From UHGV virus genome UHGV-0382895: DNA of 40,005 nt. One strand, written 5' to 3'. The translations under genes were made by a program, and so were the position numbers. Below, piece after piece: positions 17,025-25,893 of the stretch; the stretch's first letter is position 1, and the number at the start of each line of letters is the position of its first letter. The notes under the pieces are model-generated. The model did no database searches, was not told where the DNA came from, and worked only from the letters and a program-made list of their open reading frames with translations. The DNA is from a virus.

Positions 17025-17180
17025 TTACTTTTTCTGTTTGGATTCATCCGCTTTCAGGGCTTTGTTCTCCGCTTTCACCTGTTCATTCTCCATCCTCAGG
17101 GCTTCGTTCTCCGCCTTCAGGGCTTCCATCTCCTGCTCCATGGTCTTTGTGGTTTCTGCTCCGATTCCTACTTTTCTCAT
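17025..17180 (-). CDS. Small coiled-coil peptide, 51 aa (MRKVGIGAETTKTMEQEMEALKAENEALRMENEQVKAENKALKADESKQKK)
   Basis: GGAGG seven nt upstream of the ATG, immediately after the capsid stop. Encoded by tandem DNA repeats of about 42 bp. Below the track's ORF length cut-off. Confidence 0.4.
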   Translation of the reverse strand: MRKVGIGAETTKTMEQEMEALKAENEALRMENEQVKAENKALKADESKQKK

Positions 17181-17192
17181 TCCGCTGCCTCC

Positions 17193-18065
17193 TTATGCTT
17201 TGTGGCTCAGATAGATACCAGCCACCTTGTTTTTATACACGTCCACCAGGCCGTATTTACGGTATTTGGAGATATAGCCATCTGCATTTGGGTTGTTATC
17301 CGGAGAGATTATGCTGGATGCCGTATGTTTATCAAATTTAATGATGGCCGGTTTATGGATAATCATGAAATTGATATCCTTACCATCATCCGCCTTCTTA
17401 AAATGCCCCAGCTCCTCCCCTGATGTCTTCCCATCCAACAGGTTGATGGCCGTATAAAACCGCGACTGCGGTACTGACTTCCTGACGGAAAAGGCAGAAA
17501 GGATTTCCCTGGACTTTGTGGTATCCAGCGCCATGATGCTGTTAAGCAATGTCGGTGTTGCATACAGCAGGCGGTTCTCTTCCGGTACCTCGTCCTCGTC
17601 CATCTTATTCTTGGCTTCCAGGAGGGCCGCCAGGAACTGCGATGCATCTGCATATGTAGCCGGGGCCGCCTTTGAGATGCCATCGATTCCTGCAAGGGTG
17701 GCAAATGTGAAGGCATCAGCCTCTGGGGCAACCTTCTCACGCTGCAGGGTGCTTCCGGCCATGCCGAATGCAATGTTGAATGTCTCCTGGTCATCCATGG
17801 TATCGACCATGATTCTTGTACCACGGTCATAATTGAAGGTGGTGGTCTTCCACACCACATTTACGGTCCCGTCCGTATACCCGCTGTTCCTGCTGTAATC
17901 ACCAAGACCGGATACCTCAATCTGCGGATACAGGATTTCATTCGCATTGGCGCCGGCGCGCATCATTGACGCATCGCTGATGAGGTCTGCTGTCACGGAT
18001 GCCAGCCTGTATACCTCATCCAGGAGCGCCGTATAATTCTTTGCTAATACAATATTGTTTGGCAT
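17193..18065 (-). CDS. Major capsid protein
   Basis: 290 aa, follows the scaffold gene. N-terminus MPNNIVLAKNYTALLDEVY is typical of Firmicutes siphovirus capsid proteins. Confidence 0.8.
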   Translation of the reverse strand: MPNNIVLAKNYTALLDEVYRLASVTADLISDASMMRAGANANEILYPQIEVSGLGDYSRNSGYTDGTVNVVWKTTTFNYDRGTRIMVDTMDDQETFNIAFGMAGSTLQREKVAPEADAFTFATLAGIDGISKAAPATYADASQFLAALLEAKNKMDEDEVPEENRLLYATPTLLNSIMALDTTKSREILSAFSVRKSVPQSRFYTAINLLDGKTSGEELGHFKKADDGKDINFMIIHKPAIIKFDKHTASSIISPDNNPNADGYISKYRKYGLVDVYKNKVAGIYLSHKA

Positions 18066-18082
18066 AATCTCTTACCTCTCTC

Positions 18083-18637
18083 TTATTTTTTCTCTTCCGC
18101 CGGAAGCCCCATGGCTGCCCGGAGCGCGGCCGTGTTGGAATCAACCCCGCCTGCCCCTGCACCGCCTGTGGATGCAACCGGATTGTTAATAGGTTCTGTT
18201 GCGCCAAAAAGATAACCGTTATCCTTCTGGCAGGCTTCAATGGCAGCCTTTATGTCCGCAGTCTGGTCCTTGGATGATTTCAGGGTATCAACATCCAGCA
18301 GGGCCTTGATGGCCTTCGCATTACGTCCACCCGCCGCAGTAATGGCTGCCTCCAGGGATGTACCGAACTGCATGTCAGCAATCCTTGCCTCATACTCAGC
18401 CTTCGATGTCTCATACTTCGTCTTGTACTCCTCGACCTGGCCTTTTACCTGGTCATAGTCCTTGAAGCCATCAATCGTGGTATTTGCTTCCTGAAGCTGT
18501 GTCTTAGTCTGTTCCAGTTCTGCCTTAGTCTGTTCCAGTTCCCCCTTCGCGGCCTCGATGTCATTACCGTTTTCAGCCATGATGCTGTCCACCTGTTCCT
18601 TGGTCAGGCCCATGTCCTCTAAAAATTTACGTTTCAT
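18083..18637 (-). CDS. Scaffolding protein
   Basis: 184-aa acidic coiled-coil protein (GELEQTKAELEQTK repeat, from a 21-bp tandem DNA repeat at 18503-18544) just upstream of the capsid gene. Confidence 0.75.
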   Translation of the reverse strand: MKRKFLEDMGLTKEQVDSIMAENGNDIEAAKGELEQTKAELEQTKTQLQEANTTIDGFKDYDQVKGQVEEYKTKYETSKAEYEARIADMQFGTSLEAAITAAGGRNAKAIKALLDVDTLKSSKDQTADIKAAIEACQKDNGYLFGATEPINNPVASTGGAGAGGVDSNTAALRAAMGLPAEEKK

Positions 18638-18722
18638 ACTGCTCCTTTCTCACTACGCTTTTCTACGGGGTCGCATCCCTTGTGGTGGTAGTTTTACGCC
18701 GTGCCGGGCAAATTGTAAGCAT

Positions 18723-18749
18723 AATAAAAGCACCTGACTACTCAGATGC
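18723..18749 (-). terminator. Rho-independent terminator-like hairpin between the minor head and scaffold genes
   Basis: On the minus strand: gcatctga-gtag-tcaggtgc followed by ttttatt. Confidence 0.4.
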
Positions 18750-18898
18750 TTCGCTCTCCCGTTTGTATTTATAATCCTTACATATATCCTCAGGCGGCTT
18801 TTGAGCCAATACAACTTCCCTTGGTATGCCTTGCGGATATACCCTGCATTTCATACCCTTTTCACAGTATTCACATTTTAAGCATATAGGAATCACAA

Positions 18899-20653
18899 TC
18901 ACCGCTTTCTCCACCTTTCAATATGTTTTATAACTAATTGCATAGCTTCATCCGGAACGGGCTCGTTATTCCTCATTCTCACAAATGCTTCGGCCAGGGT
19001 TTCAAATCCATCCTTCATGACATCCGAATATCCAGATACCCCCGGAACATATTGACCTTCCAATCGTTCTTTGAAGGCATTGTAACCAGAAATGGTTTTA
19101 AACTGTTGGCCTGCCATTACGTGGGTCATTTCATGGATAGCATGGTCCTTGATAGTGCGGCCGGCAAAGTATCCGGTCTCATAACCAGCCTTCACGATTC
19201 TTCTGAAATCAGAGAAATTATAGCCTTTATTAATCACGAACTCAACTTCCCTTGACCCATGATCATCAACCACCCTTGTCAGGTATGGGGTGTCAGGGTA
19301 TCTGTCACTCACATCCTGCACTAACGCCCTGTCAATCCGAAAGTCATATTCCCGTTTCATTTCGTCTATCCCCGATTGGATTTCATCCACTATATCAGGG
19401 GTAATATTCTTTGCGTCCAAGGCTTCATTTGGAAGCCTTATCTCTTTTATTATATCATCTTTGGTATCCCCTGCAACTATATCCTTTGATACCCTCAACC
19501 GTTCACGCTGCTGCCGCAGCCCCATCTCCTTAGTGAAATCCACATAGGCCTTATTGGTCAGCCGCAACCGGCACTTAGCCGCCGTGATATCCTCCTTGTC
19601 AACTCCGGCCTTCTCCAGTAACTCCACATCCTGCTTCTGCTTGCGGATGGTACGTTCCAGTTTCCGCTGGTGCTGCAGTGCGCCATAGGTATCATATTCC
19701 CGGCCTCTATATACCCTCGTTTCATTCTCCCGCCGGTTCTGCTCTGCCAGCCACTCATCCGTGTATTTGCGCTTGCTGATACCAGGAAGGAAGGGAAATT
19801 TGATGTGGTAGCAGTTAATCCCAGCGAATCCCAGCATCTCACCCTCACCACAGATACTGTGCATCTCGGCTGTGCTGTAGACCTTCCCCTGCCAGCTCTG
19901 GTGATTGCGATACCCTATTCCAGTGTTCCTGGCGCCCATGTGCCAGTCTACCTCCCAATGGTCTGTCCCCAGCTCCTCGGCGTTCTTGTCGCTGACCTGT
20001 TTGGTCATCTGGGCCACACCTGTCATCACCGCGCGCCGAGCGGCCACCTCGATACGGTCAGACTTACCGGATGCATAATCCACAGTCCGGATGCCGCTGG
20101 CCGTCATCTCGTCAACCACCTCGCCGATGGCCTGGCTGTAGGTCCTGGTGCCTGTGGTGATTCCCAGCATTGCCTTATCCAGGCTGCGCTCCAGGTATTC
20201 AGAAAGCGGTGTAAACACTTTCTTGCCACCGCCTATCGGCACGTTGAAGCCCGTGGTCTGGGTTATGTTTTCCAAGGGTCTCAGGCTGTCCTTGGTCTGC
20301 CTCCTGGCAGCGTCCACAACCTGTTGGAGCCATTGGTTATCCTTATAAGGCAGGTAGTCCCTGCCGGCCGCCTCATAGATTGCCTTGTTGCGGATGTAAT
20401 CTGACCGCACTGCCTGCTCATAGAGATCGTCCACCTGCAGGTCCGTCTTTTCCAGGGCCTTGCCAATCATCTGCCTGATGCTGCTACGGCCCTTACCGAT
20501 GGCATCCATCCTGACCAGCAGCCAGTCAATGACGGGGGTGACCTGTGTGGCCTCCTTGATGCGCTGTATGATTTCATCCATGATGGACAGCTCCAGTGCT
20601 GTCATGGTGCGCTCCAATGGCTTGGGCAGCTTCTCCAGTTCCTCAGGCGTCAT
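18899..20653 (-). CDS. Minor head protein, MuF / SPP1 gp7 family, with a C-terminal extension of about 250 aa carrying an HExxH motif
   Basis: Conserved core DHWEVDWHMGARNTGIGYRNHQSWQGKVYS. C-terminus contains AIHEMTHVMAGQQ. Confidence 0.8.
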   Translation of the reverse strand: MTPEELEKLPKPLERTMTALELSIMDEIIQRIKEATQVTPVIDWLLVRMDAIGKGRSSIRQMIGKALEKTDLQVDDLYEQAVRSDYIRNKAIYEAAGRDYLPYKDNQWLQQVVDAARRQTKDSLRPLENITQTTGFNVPIGGGKKVFTPLSEYLERSLDKAMLGITTGTRTYSQAIGEVVDEMTASGIRTVDYASGKSDRIEVAARRAVMTGVAQMTKQVSDKNAEELGTDHWEVDWHMGARNTGIGYRNHQSWQGKVYSTAEMHSICGEGEMLGFAGINCYHIKFPFLPGISKRKYTDEWLAEQNRRENETRVYRGREYDTYGALQHQRKLERTIRKQKQDVELLEKAGVDKEDITAAKCRLRLTNKAYVDFTKEMGLRQQRERLRVSKDIVAGDTKDDIIKEIRLPNEALDAKNITPDIVDEIQSGIDEMKREYDFRIDRALVQDVSDRYPDTPYLTRVVDDHGSREVEFVINKGYNFSDFRRIVKAGYETGYFAGRTIKDHAIHEMTHVMAGQQFKTISGYNAFKERLEGQYVPGVSGYSDVMKDGFETLAEAFVRMRNNEPVPDEAMQLVIKHIERWRKR

Positions 20654-20657
20654 GATA

Positions 20658-22112
20658 TCACTCCTCCGTCAATACCGGCTCCGGTAGGTTCCTGGCTGCC
20701 TCCTCCAATGTCTCGCCGTACCACTTAGCCCGGTACTCTTCCGGCCTCATGATTCCTGCAGCCAGGTCCTGCCTGTCCTGCTGGCGTTCCTCTTCCTCAT
20801 CAACCAGGATGCTGTCCTTGAAGGTACACAGGAACTCATATCCGGACTGTGTGAGGGCATTGTAGAAGGCCAGGGCATACACCAGGTCCTCCAGGCAGTC
20901 CTCCAGGTTGGACTGGATGGCCTTGACCATGTTATACTTGCGCTTCTTGGCTATCCTGGCCTCTGTTGCTGTCTTATCCACCTCATTGACATCTGACAGG
21001 TCACCATATGACAGGCTTGTGTTGAACTCAATCCGCCGTAGATAGGCATTTAGCCCATTGATGAGGCTTCCTTCCCTGAACTCAGGACTGTACTCCTGAT
21101 ACAGTTCCTCCCCACTGGACTTACTGAGGTTAAGGGCACGGTACAGGCGCTTATTAAGCTTGGGCAGTACAAGATTGGTCTTCCCTTTCCCATTAATGAT
21201 AGGTACGGCCTGCAACGCTGCCACATCCACATGTACTGCACGTTCCCCACTCTCAAACTCCCAATCAAGGCGCCCAAACTGCATGTCTGCCTTCTTAATC
21301 AGGCCAACCGCCGAATCATAGATGGACACCCCACAGGAGGAGCCGTCTATCTCATTCTTGATTGGGTTCCGGTAATACCCAAAGTCAGGCCGTTCCACCC
21401 CGGGATATGTGACATCTTCCGGCAGGGATGCCCACTCATCTACCACGGACAGGTCAACAGGGCTGCCGATGCTGCTGATATTGGATGTGTGGTATGCCTT
21501 GTTCTGGATGCGTAAGGTCAGGTCCTGATTCCATTCGTGGAACTCAAAGCGGAGATAAAAATCATCATCACTTATCCGTTTTACCTGGATGAATACCACG
21601 CTGGTCATCCGGTCCCTGGCGTCAAATGCAATCGGCACGAACCGGTCAGCCGTGACATATTCGACCGCATTGCCGCCTAACGGTTTGATGCAGAACGACC
21701 CCAGGCCAATCCCTGCCTGCAGGTTCTCATTGAGGTTCCGGATGGCTGACTGGTATATCTTATCCAGCTGCTCGTTTGAGATGCTGGACTCCATCTCATT
21801 CAGACAGACATTGGCGAACTCCCTGCAGATGCCCTGTTCAATCTGGAGGGAATCCACCTGGTCATCCACCCATGGGGCATGCCCGCGGTACATGGCCCCC
21901 CACTGTTCAATCTTCTCTATCATCTGTTGCGATATCGCAACATCCTGTCCTATCACCTGTCTCAACGTCTTTGCTGGGAACATCTTCCTTATCACCCCTC
22001 TTATTGCACTCAATATCCTTCCAAACAATCCATCACCTGCCTTACTGGCCTTTCTTCTTCCAGATTCGATTCGTTGCGTACCTGACCGAGTCAATGCAGT
22101 GGTCATTCCCAT
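20658..22112 (-). CDS. Portal protein (SPP1 gp6-like); the true start may be the Met at about 21986 (RBS GAGGGGTGA)
   Basis: 484 aa with an acidic C-terminus, between the terminase and the minor head gene. The track start overlaps terL by 71 nt. Confidence 0.8.
   Translation of the reverse strand: MGMTTALTRSGTQRIESGRRKASKAGDGLFGRILSAIRGVIRKMFPAKTLRQVIGQDVAISQQMIEKIEQWGAMYRGHAPWVDDQVDSLQIEQGICREFANVCLNEMESSISNEQLDKIYQSAIRNLNENLQAGIGLGSFCIKPLGGNAVEYVTADRFVPIAFDARDRMTSVVFIQVKRISDDDFYLRFEFHEWNQDLTLRIQNKAYHTSNISSIGSPVDLSVVDEWASLPEDVTYPGVERPDFGYYRNPIKNEIDGSSCGVSIYDSAVGLIKKADMQFGRLDWEFESGERAVHVDVAALQAVPIINGKGKTNLVLPKLNKRLYRALNLSKSSGEELYQEYSPEFREGSLINGLNAYLRRIEFNTSLSYGDLSDVNEVDKTATEARIAKKRKYNMVKAIQSNLEDCLEDLVYALAFYNALTQSGYEFLCTFKDSILVDEEEERQQDRQDLAAGIMRPEEYRAKWYGETLEEAARNLPEPVLTEE
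21926..21941. repeat. Palindrome GTTGCGATATCGCAAC, copy 2 (inside the portal gene; encodes VAISQ)
   Basis: Identical 16-mer. Confidence 0.7.
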
Positions 22113-23682
22113 CCGGATAGCCGCTGATTACATTGCCTTCCTTGTCCCGCTCATATTCATAGTCCATGAACTCCTGGGCCGCTACAGGGCACCGGACATT
22201 ATCAATGACTATCCCCCGTAAGGACTGAAGCCACTTGAATGAATATTCCCGGCTTCCTGGTCCCTTCTCGGCTCCGCGTGCCAGCAATCCATAAGCACGA
22301 TAATCACCCACTGACTTTTCCTCCGCGCTATCACAGGTAATCAGGTCGTTACCGGTGATGCCCAGTTCTATCAGCTTATCCGCTGTCTGCCGGTTGCTCT
22401 GCTTATTGCAGGTATACTCCTGCCAGACATAGAGTATATGCCGTGCCGGGTCATAATGGGAACGGGTAAATGCATATAGGTCTGGATACCATCCCCAGTC
22501 CACGCCATTCAGGACATGGTCGAACTGTGATATCTCATCATCGGTTATCTCCCGGATGGTCACGTTATCAAATACGCTGCCTCCGCTGCCATTCGCTACG
22601 CCCATATACTCATTCTCGTAGGCCTCCGGATTCGTGTCCTTTAGGAACTCAGCTTCATCCAGGAACGGCTTGCCCAGCCACTTGGCCGGCACATCCAGAT
22701 AGCTGCTCTCTGTTACCAGCCTGGAAGCCTTAGGCACCTTGATGTACTTGTTTGCCCAGTTGCTGGCGGTCTTTGGCGGGTTAAAGGACTTGAAGATATA
22801 GGCCACATCACCGCCACGGATGACGGACTGCTCAATCTTACGGACTGATTCCGGCCCAGTGAACTGGTCCAGCTCCTCCAGCCACAGGATGCCGATGTAG
22901 CCGAACGGTACCTTGATGGACTTGACCTTCCCTGGGTCATCGGCACCACGGAAATATATCTTCTGACCGGTACTGATCCGGGTTATCTCCATGGGACTGA
23001 CCGTTGCGTGGAACTCCTCCGACAGCTCCAGGGCTTCGATTGCCCATAGAATCTGCTGGTATACAGAACTGCGCATGGTATCGGCCACCTGACGCATGAC
23101 AACGGCATGCATCTGGTCATTCTTCATGATGAGGTCAATGACCTGCAGACTGATGAAAGATGACTTCGTGGAACCACGGCCGCCAGGGAATACGTATTCC
23201 GTGTGTCCATGTTCCTGGATATCAAAAACAACCGGAGCAAATACCGGGGCCACCATGTTGGAGGGTATACCCGTGTATCTGACCGGCTGGTCATTATCCG
23301 TATCTGGTTGTAATGCATCGGCCTGGGCTTTCAGATGGACTATCTTAGCCAGCTGCTCCTCAATATCCAAATCGGACTTAAGCGTCTGTCCCAGAGTGTC
23401 ACGGATGGCCTCATAGGCACTCACGTTTCCAGCCAGGGCCTTCCTGATGACAGCAGCATTAACTGCACTCTCCAAGGTACTATCAAGTCCCATGGCCTCC
23501 AGGACCGGCGTCCACTCCGGGCTATCTATCTCAGCGGTCAGCAACATGTTGAGTGTGCGCCTGAAATCCGCCTTGCGCCTTCGGGCCTCACCCGATGCTT
23601 TACCACCCCTTGATGTAATTTCCAGTAGTTCGGCAGTTGTTCGATTATCAAATCCCTTATCTTTTATGTCTTCATACCCCAA
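22042..23682 (-). CDS. terL: Terminase large subunit (PBSX-like) with an N-terminal extension of about 150 aa resembling a small-subunit DNA-binding region
   Basis: Walker A-like YVFPGGRGSTKSS at about aa 165. C-terminal nuclease region. N-terminal segment GFDNRTTAELLEITSRGGKASGEARRRKADFRR. No separate terS ORF nearby. Confidence 0.85.
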   Translation of the reverse strand: MGYEDIKDKGFDNRTTAELLEITSRGGKASGEARRRKADFRRTLNMLLTAEIDSPEWTPVLEAMGLDSTLESAVNAAVIRKALAGNVSAYEAIRDTLGQTLKSDLDIEEQLAKIVHLKAQADALQPDTDNDQPVRYTGIPSNMVAPVFAPVVFDIQEHGHTEYVFPGGRGSTKSSFISLQVIDLIMKNDQMHAVVMRQVADTMRSSVYQQILWAIEALELSEEFHATVSPMEITRISTGQKIYFRGADDPGKVKSIKVPFGYIGILWLEELDQFTGPESVRKIEQSVIRGGDVAYIFKSFNPPKTASNWANKYIKVPKASRLVTESSYLDVPAKWLGKPFLDEAEFLKDTNPEAYENEYMGVANGSGGSVFDNVTIREITDDEISQFDHVLNGVDWGWYPDLYAFTRSHYDPARHILYVWQEYTCNKQSNRQTADKLIELGITGNDLITCDSAEEKSVGDYRAYGLLARGAEKGPGSREYSFKWLQSLRGIVIDNVRCPVAAQEFMDYEYERDKEGNVISGYPDGNDHCIDSVRYATNRIWKKKGQ

Positions 23683-23716
23683 GTCACCTCACCTTCCAAT
23701 CTGACCATTTTTGATA

Positions 23717-23746
23717 TAGAAAAAGAGCCATCCTTAAGGTGGCTCT
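23717..23746 (-). terminator. Rho-independent terminator downstream of the moron gene 23795..24388
   Basis: On the minus strand: stem gagccacc / ggatggctc with loop ttaa, followed by tttttct. Confidence 0.55.
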
Positions 23747-23794
23747 ATGTATTTAGATTAGATAGTCTTCTATCCTCTGAAATTATTACGATTA

Positions 23795-24388
23795 CTATCT
23801 TCTCTCAATTCTTTTTATACTACTATAAAATATAACAACAGTCTCATTTAAACATCCTGAATAATCTGCTATATATGGTTCCTTAGGTGTTCCATCATCT
23901 CCAATGAAATATTTACGATATCCGTCCAAGCTTATATACTGACGCTGTTCTGCCTCTAATTCCTTATATCCCAACGTACCTTCATAAACCACATTATCGT
24001 CATTTAAATAAATGCACAACCACGCACCCTTATCAAAATCTGAAAGCGTTTCTATCTCGTTATCATAAAAAGTTGTTATAATTCCCAACTGCTTAAATGC
24101 TCTATTGACTGCAGAAGATTTAATTAGCTTATATGCGCAAAAAGAAAACAATAACGCCATTAGTATTAATAAGACATTTCTAGCAATTTCAGAATTCATT
24201 CCAAATATCTCGATGGCCGTTATATAAATATAACTAATTGCTATCGATTTTAAAATAATAGCATTATTATCTCTTAAAGTCTTTCCTCTCAGAAAATAAT
24301 ATACGTATATAGTTAAATATCCTGGATATATAAAAGTTATATACTCAGGGACTGATTTAATTATCTTTAATATATCATCTGCATTCAA
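23795..24388 (-). CDS. Moron-encoded membrane protein, 197 aa: three N-terminal TM helices plus a soluble C-terminal domain. Candidate superinfection-exclusion or abortive-infection protein
   Basis: AT-rich island (about 33% GC against about 52% in flanks) between the late regulator and the terminase. RBS TAGGAGT. Own terminator. Confidence 0.6.
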   Translation of the reverse strand: MNADDILKIIKSVPEYITFIYPGYLTIYVYYFLRGKTLRDNNAIILKSIAISYIYITAIEIFGMNSEIARNVLLILMALLFSFCAYKLIKSSAVNRAFKQLGIITTFYDNEIETLSDFDKGAWLCIYLNDDNVVYEGTLGYKELEAEQRQYISLDGYRKYFIGDDGTPKEPYIADYSGCLNETVVIFYSSIKRIERR

Positions 24389-24399
24389 ATTTCATACTC

Positions 24400-24582
24400 C
24401 TATCTGTGTGGGGGCGGTGGGATTGCAGGACCACCACCTGTAGTCCTATCATTACGTTCAGGAGAATCTCTATGGTGGGGTGATGTTGGAGTAGGTGGGC
24501 CAGGACTCCTTGGTGGTGTTGGACTTGGTCTTGATGATGGTTTTTTTTGCGAACCGGCTCCTAATGAAAATCTTCCTCTCAT
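24400..24582 (-). CDS. Small Pro-rich protein, 60 aa, in the moron unit
   Basis: RBS TGGAGGT upstream. Composition-biased. Confidence 0.35.
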   Translation of the reverse strand: MRGRFSLGAGSQKKPSSRPSPTPPRSPGPPTPTSPHHRDSPERNDRTTGGGPAIPPPPHR

Positions 24583-24740
24583 TGATTAATAACCTCCATA
24601 TATTTTCTCCCATCATACACCAAAATCCGACAAAAGAAAAGCCCCCACATAGGAAAGGAGGCCCCGCCGGTCTAAGTCTCACCTGACAGGTACATGAATA
24701 AAAGCCCACCGTCTCCGGTAGGCCCAATTCTCACACTATG

Positions 24741-24775
24741 ATTATACCATATTGACTTGTCCCCTGTGTCCCAAT
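24741..24775 (-). promoter_or_regulatory. Candidate promoter with extended -10 (tggtataat) heading the moron unit
   Basis: Reverse complement of attatacca at 24741-24749 gives TGgTATAAT. Weak -35. Confidence 0.3.
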
Positions 24776-24779
24776 CCTT

Positions 24780-25190
24780 TTAATTTTTTCTTTGAGACAG
24801 CAACCAATAGAACTTTCTGCGCCTGTCATAGTATGTATTGCGGCTGCATGGGATTCCCATAATCATTTCAAGATATCGGTATGAAACATTCTCATCAGTC
24901 ACGGCCTTAAGCAGATACTGATAGATATCTGGGTCTGCATCCAGTGCCGTCTGCTCAATCAGTTCACAGTTACTGGCCAGCTGCGCTCGCCTGATTGCCA
25001 GCTGTTGCGTGGCATCATTTCCGTTATGTGCCACCGGCATATCTGATATCTCTATGGACCTCACTGTGTTTGTCTTATACTTAAGTTCATCGTTCCATTC
25101 ATTGTACTGTAGGCACCAGTAGTATAGTTCTTTAAATCGATTTCCACTAATCCCATACTTTCCGTGATTCAGTGGCCTAACCTTTCCCAT
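24780..25190 (-). CDS. ArpU / RinA-like late transcriptional regulator (sigma region-4-like HTH), 136 aa from the internal Met
   Basis: Position directly upstream of the packaging genes. C-terminal YRYLEMIMGIPCSRNTYYDRRRKFYWLL. RBS GGGGAGGTG before the Met at 25190. Confidence 0.5.
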   Translation of the reverse strand: MGKVRPLNHGKYGISGNRFKELYYWCLQYNEWNDELKYKTNTVRSIEISDMPVAHNGNDATQQLAIRRAQLASNCELIEQTALDADPDIYQYLLKAVTDENVSYRYLEMIMGIPCSRNTYYDRRRKFYWLLSQRKN

Positions 25191-25195
25191 CGGAA

Positions 25196-25327
25196 TCACC
25201 TCCCCGCCAGTATACCCGCTAAAGTACAGTAAAAGATAACTGCGCAGACATCCTTTTTCCGGCAATAATACCATGCCAGTGACATTTCCCCAAAAATCAC
25301 AATGGCCCTAATTATTTCAACCCCCAT
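25196..25327 (-). CDS. Possible 43-aa hydrophobic peptide (MGVEIIRAIVIFGEMSLAWYYCRKKDVCAVIFYCTLAGILAGR)
   Basis: Bounded by two copies of a 19-bp direct repeat cccatcggaatcacctccc (25186-25204 and 25323-25341) that supply the RBS and ATG at both gene starts. Confidence 0.25.
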   Translation of the reverse strand: MGVEIIRAIVIFGEMSLAWYYCRKKDVCAVIFYCTLAGILAGR

Positions 25328-25547
25328 CGGAATCACCTCCCAATATCACCTGCTTATACCATATCCGCAGCCTTGCCAGCTGTGCTCTCATCGGCGGCCT
25401 GCGCCGTCCCAGGTCCGGGCACAGGCTGGTGTACATGTAAGCTGGCGCCGTCCGAATGCGCTCCCGGATTGCCCGATCAAAGTCTGCCTGCTTGGCCTTG
25501 TTGGCATCCACCCGGCTGGCCTTGCGGCTCTTCTCGCTCCGCTTCAA
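25317..25547 (-). CDS. Hypothetical basic protein, 76 aa
   Basis: ORF from the track only. Confidence 0.35.
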   Translation of the reverse strand: MKRSEKSRKASRVDANKAKQADFDRAIRERIRTAPAYMYTSLCPDLGRRRPPMRAQLARLRIWYKQVILGGDSDGG

Positions 25548-25578
25548 TAACTCATCCCTTTCTGTTTAAAATGTCAGT

Positions 25579-25893
25579 TTACCAAATCAACGCTTGCCCA
25601 CATCTGCTACAAAAAACTTGTGAACCAGTAACAACAGATAAACATTCAGGACAATGATGAACCTTTGTACCTGCTTTAAAAATCACCCTACCAACGTTCA
25701 CATCTTCCTCAAATGTTTTAATTATGGTTTTTTGTGGAATCTGTTTTTTCAATGCTTCAACCGCCGTATGCCTTATGGCAAGACATTCCAACACGTTGTC
25801 TATCTGACCTTCCATGTGATATTTAGATTCCAACAATTCAACAGCTTCCTTTGGTGTTACCTCTTTCATTTTCTCCATTTCTTCTTTCTCCAA
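25579..25893 (-). CDS. Hypothetical protein with a C-terminal zinc ribbon (CPEC...CSRC)
   Basis: 104-aa ORF. Confidence 0.45.
   Translation of the reverse strand: MEKEEMEKMKEVTPKEAVELLESKYHMEGQIDNVLECLAIRHTAVEALKKQIPQKTIIKTFEEDVNVGRVIFKAGTKVHHCPECLSVVTGSQVFCSRCGQALIW

Noticed and set aside
22042-22112. 71-nt overlap between the terL 3' end and the portal track start
   Set aside because: It is probably an artefact of choosing the first ATG. The portal more likely starts at the Met near 21986, which has its own RBS.
24638-24690. GC-rich stretch aaaagcccccacataggaaaggaggccccgccgg, considered as a terminator
   Set aside because: The two GC-rich arms are not complementary, so no stable stem forms.
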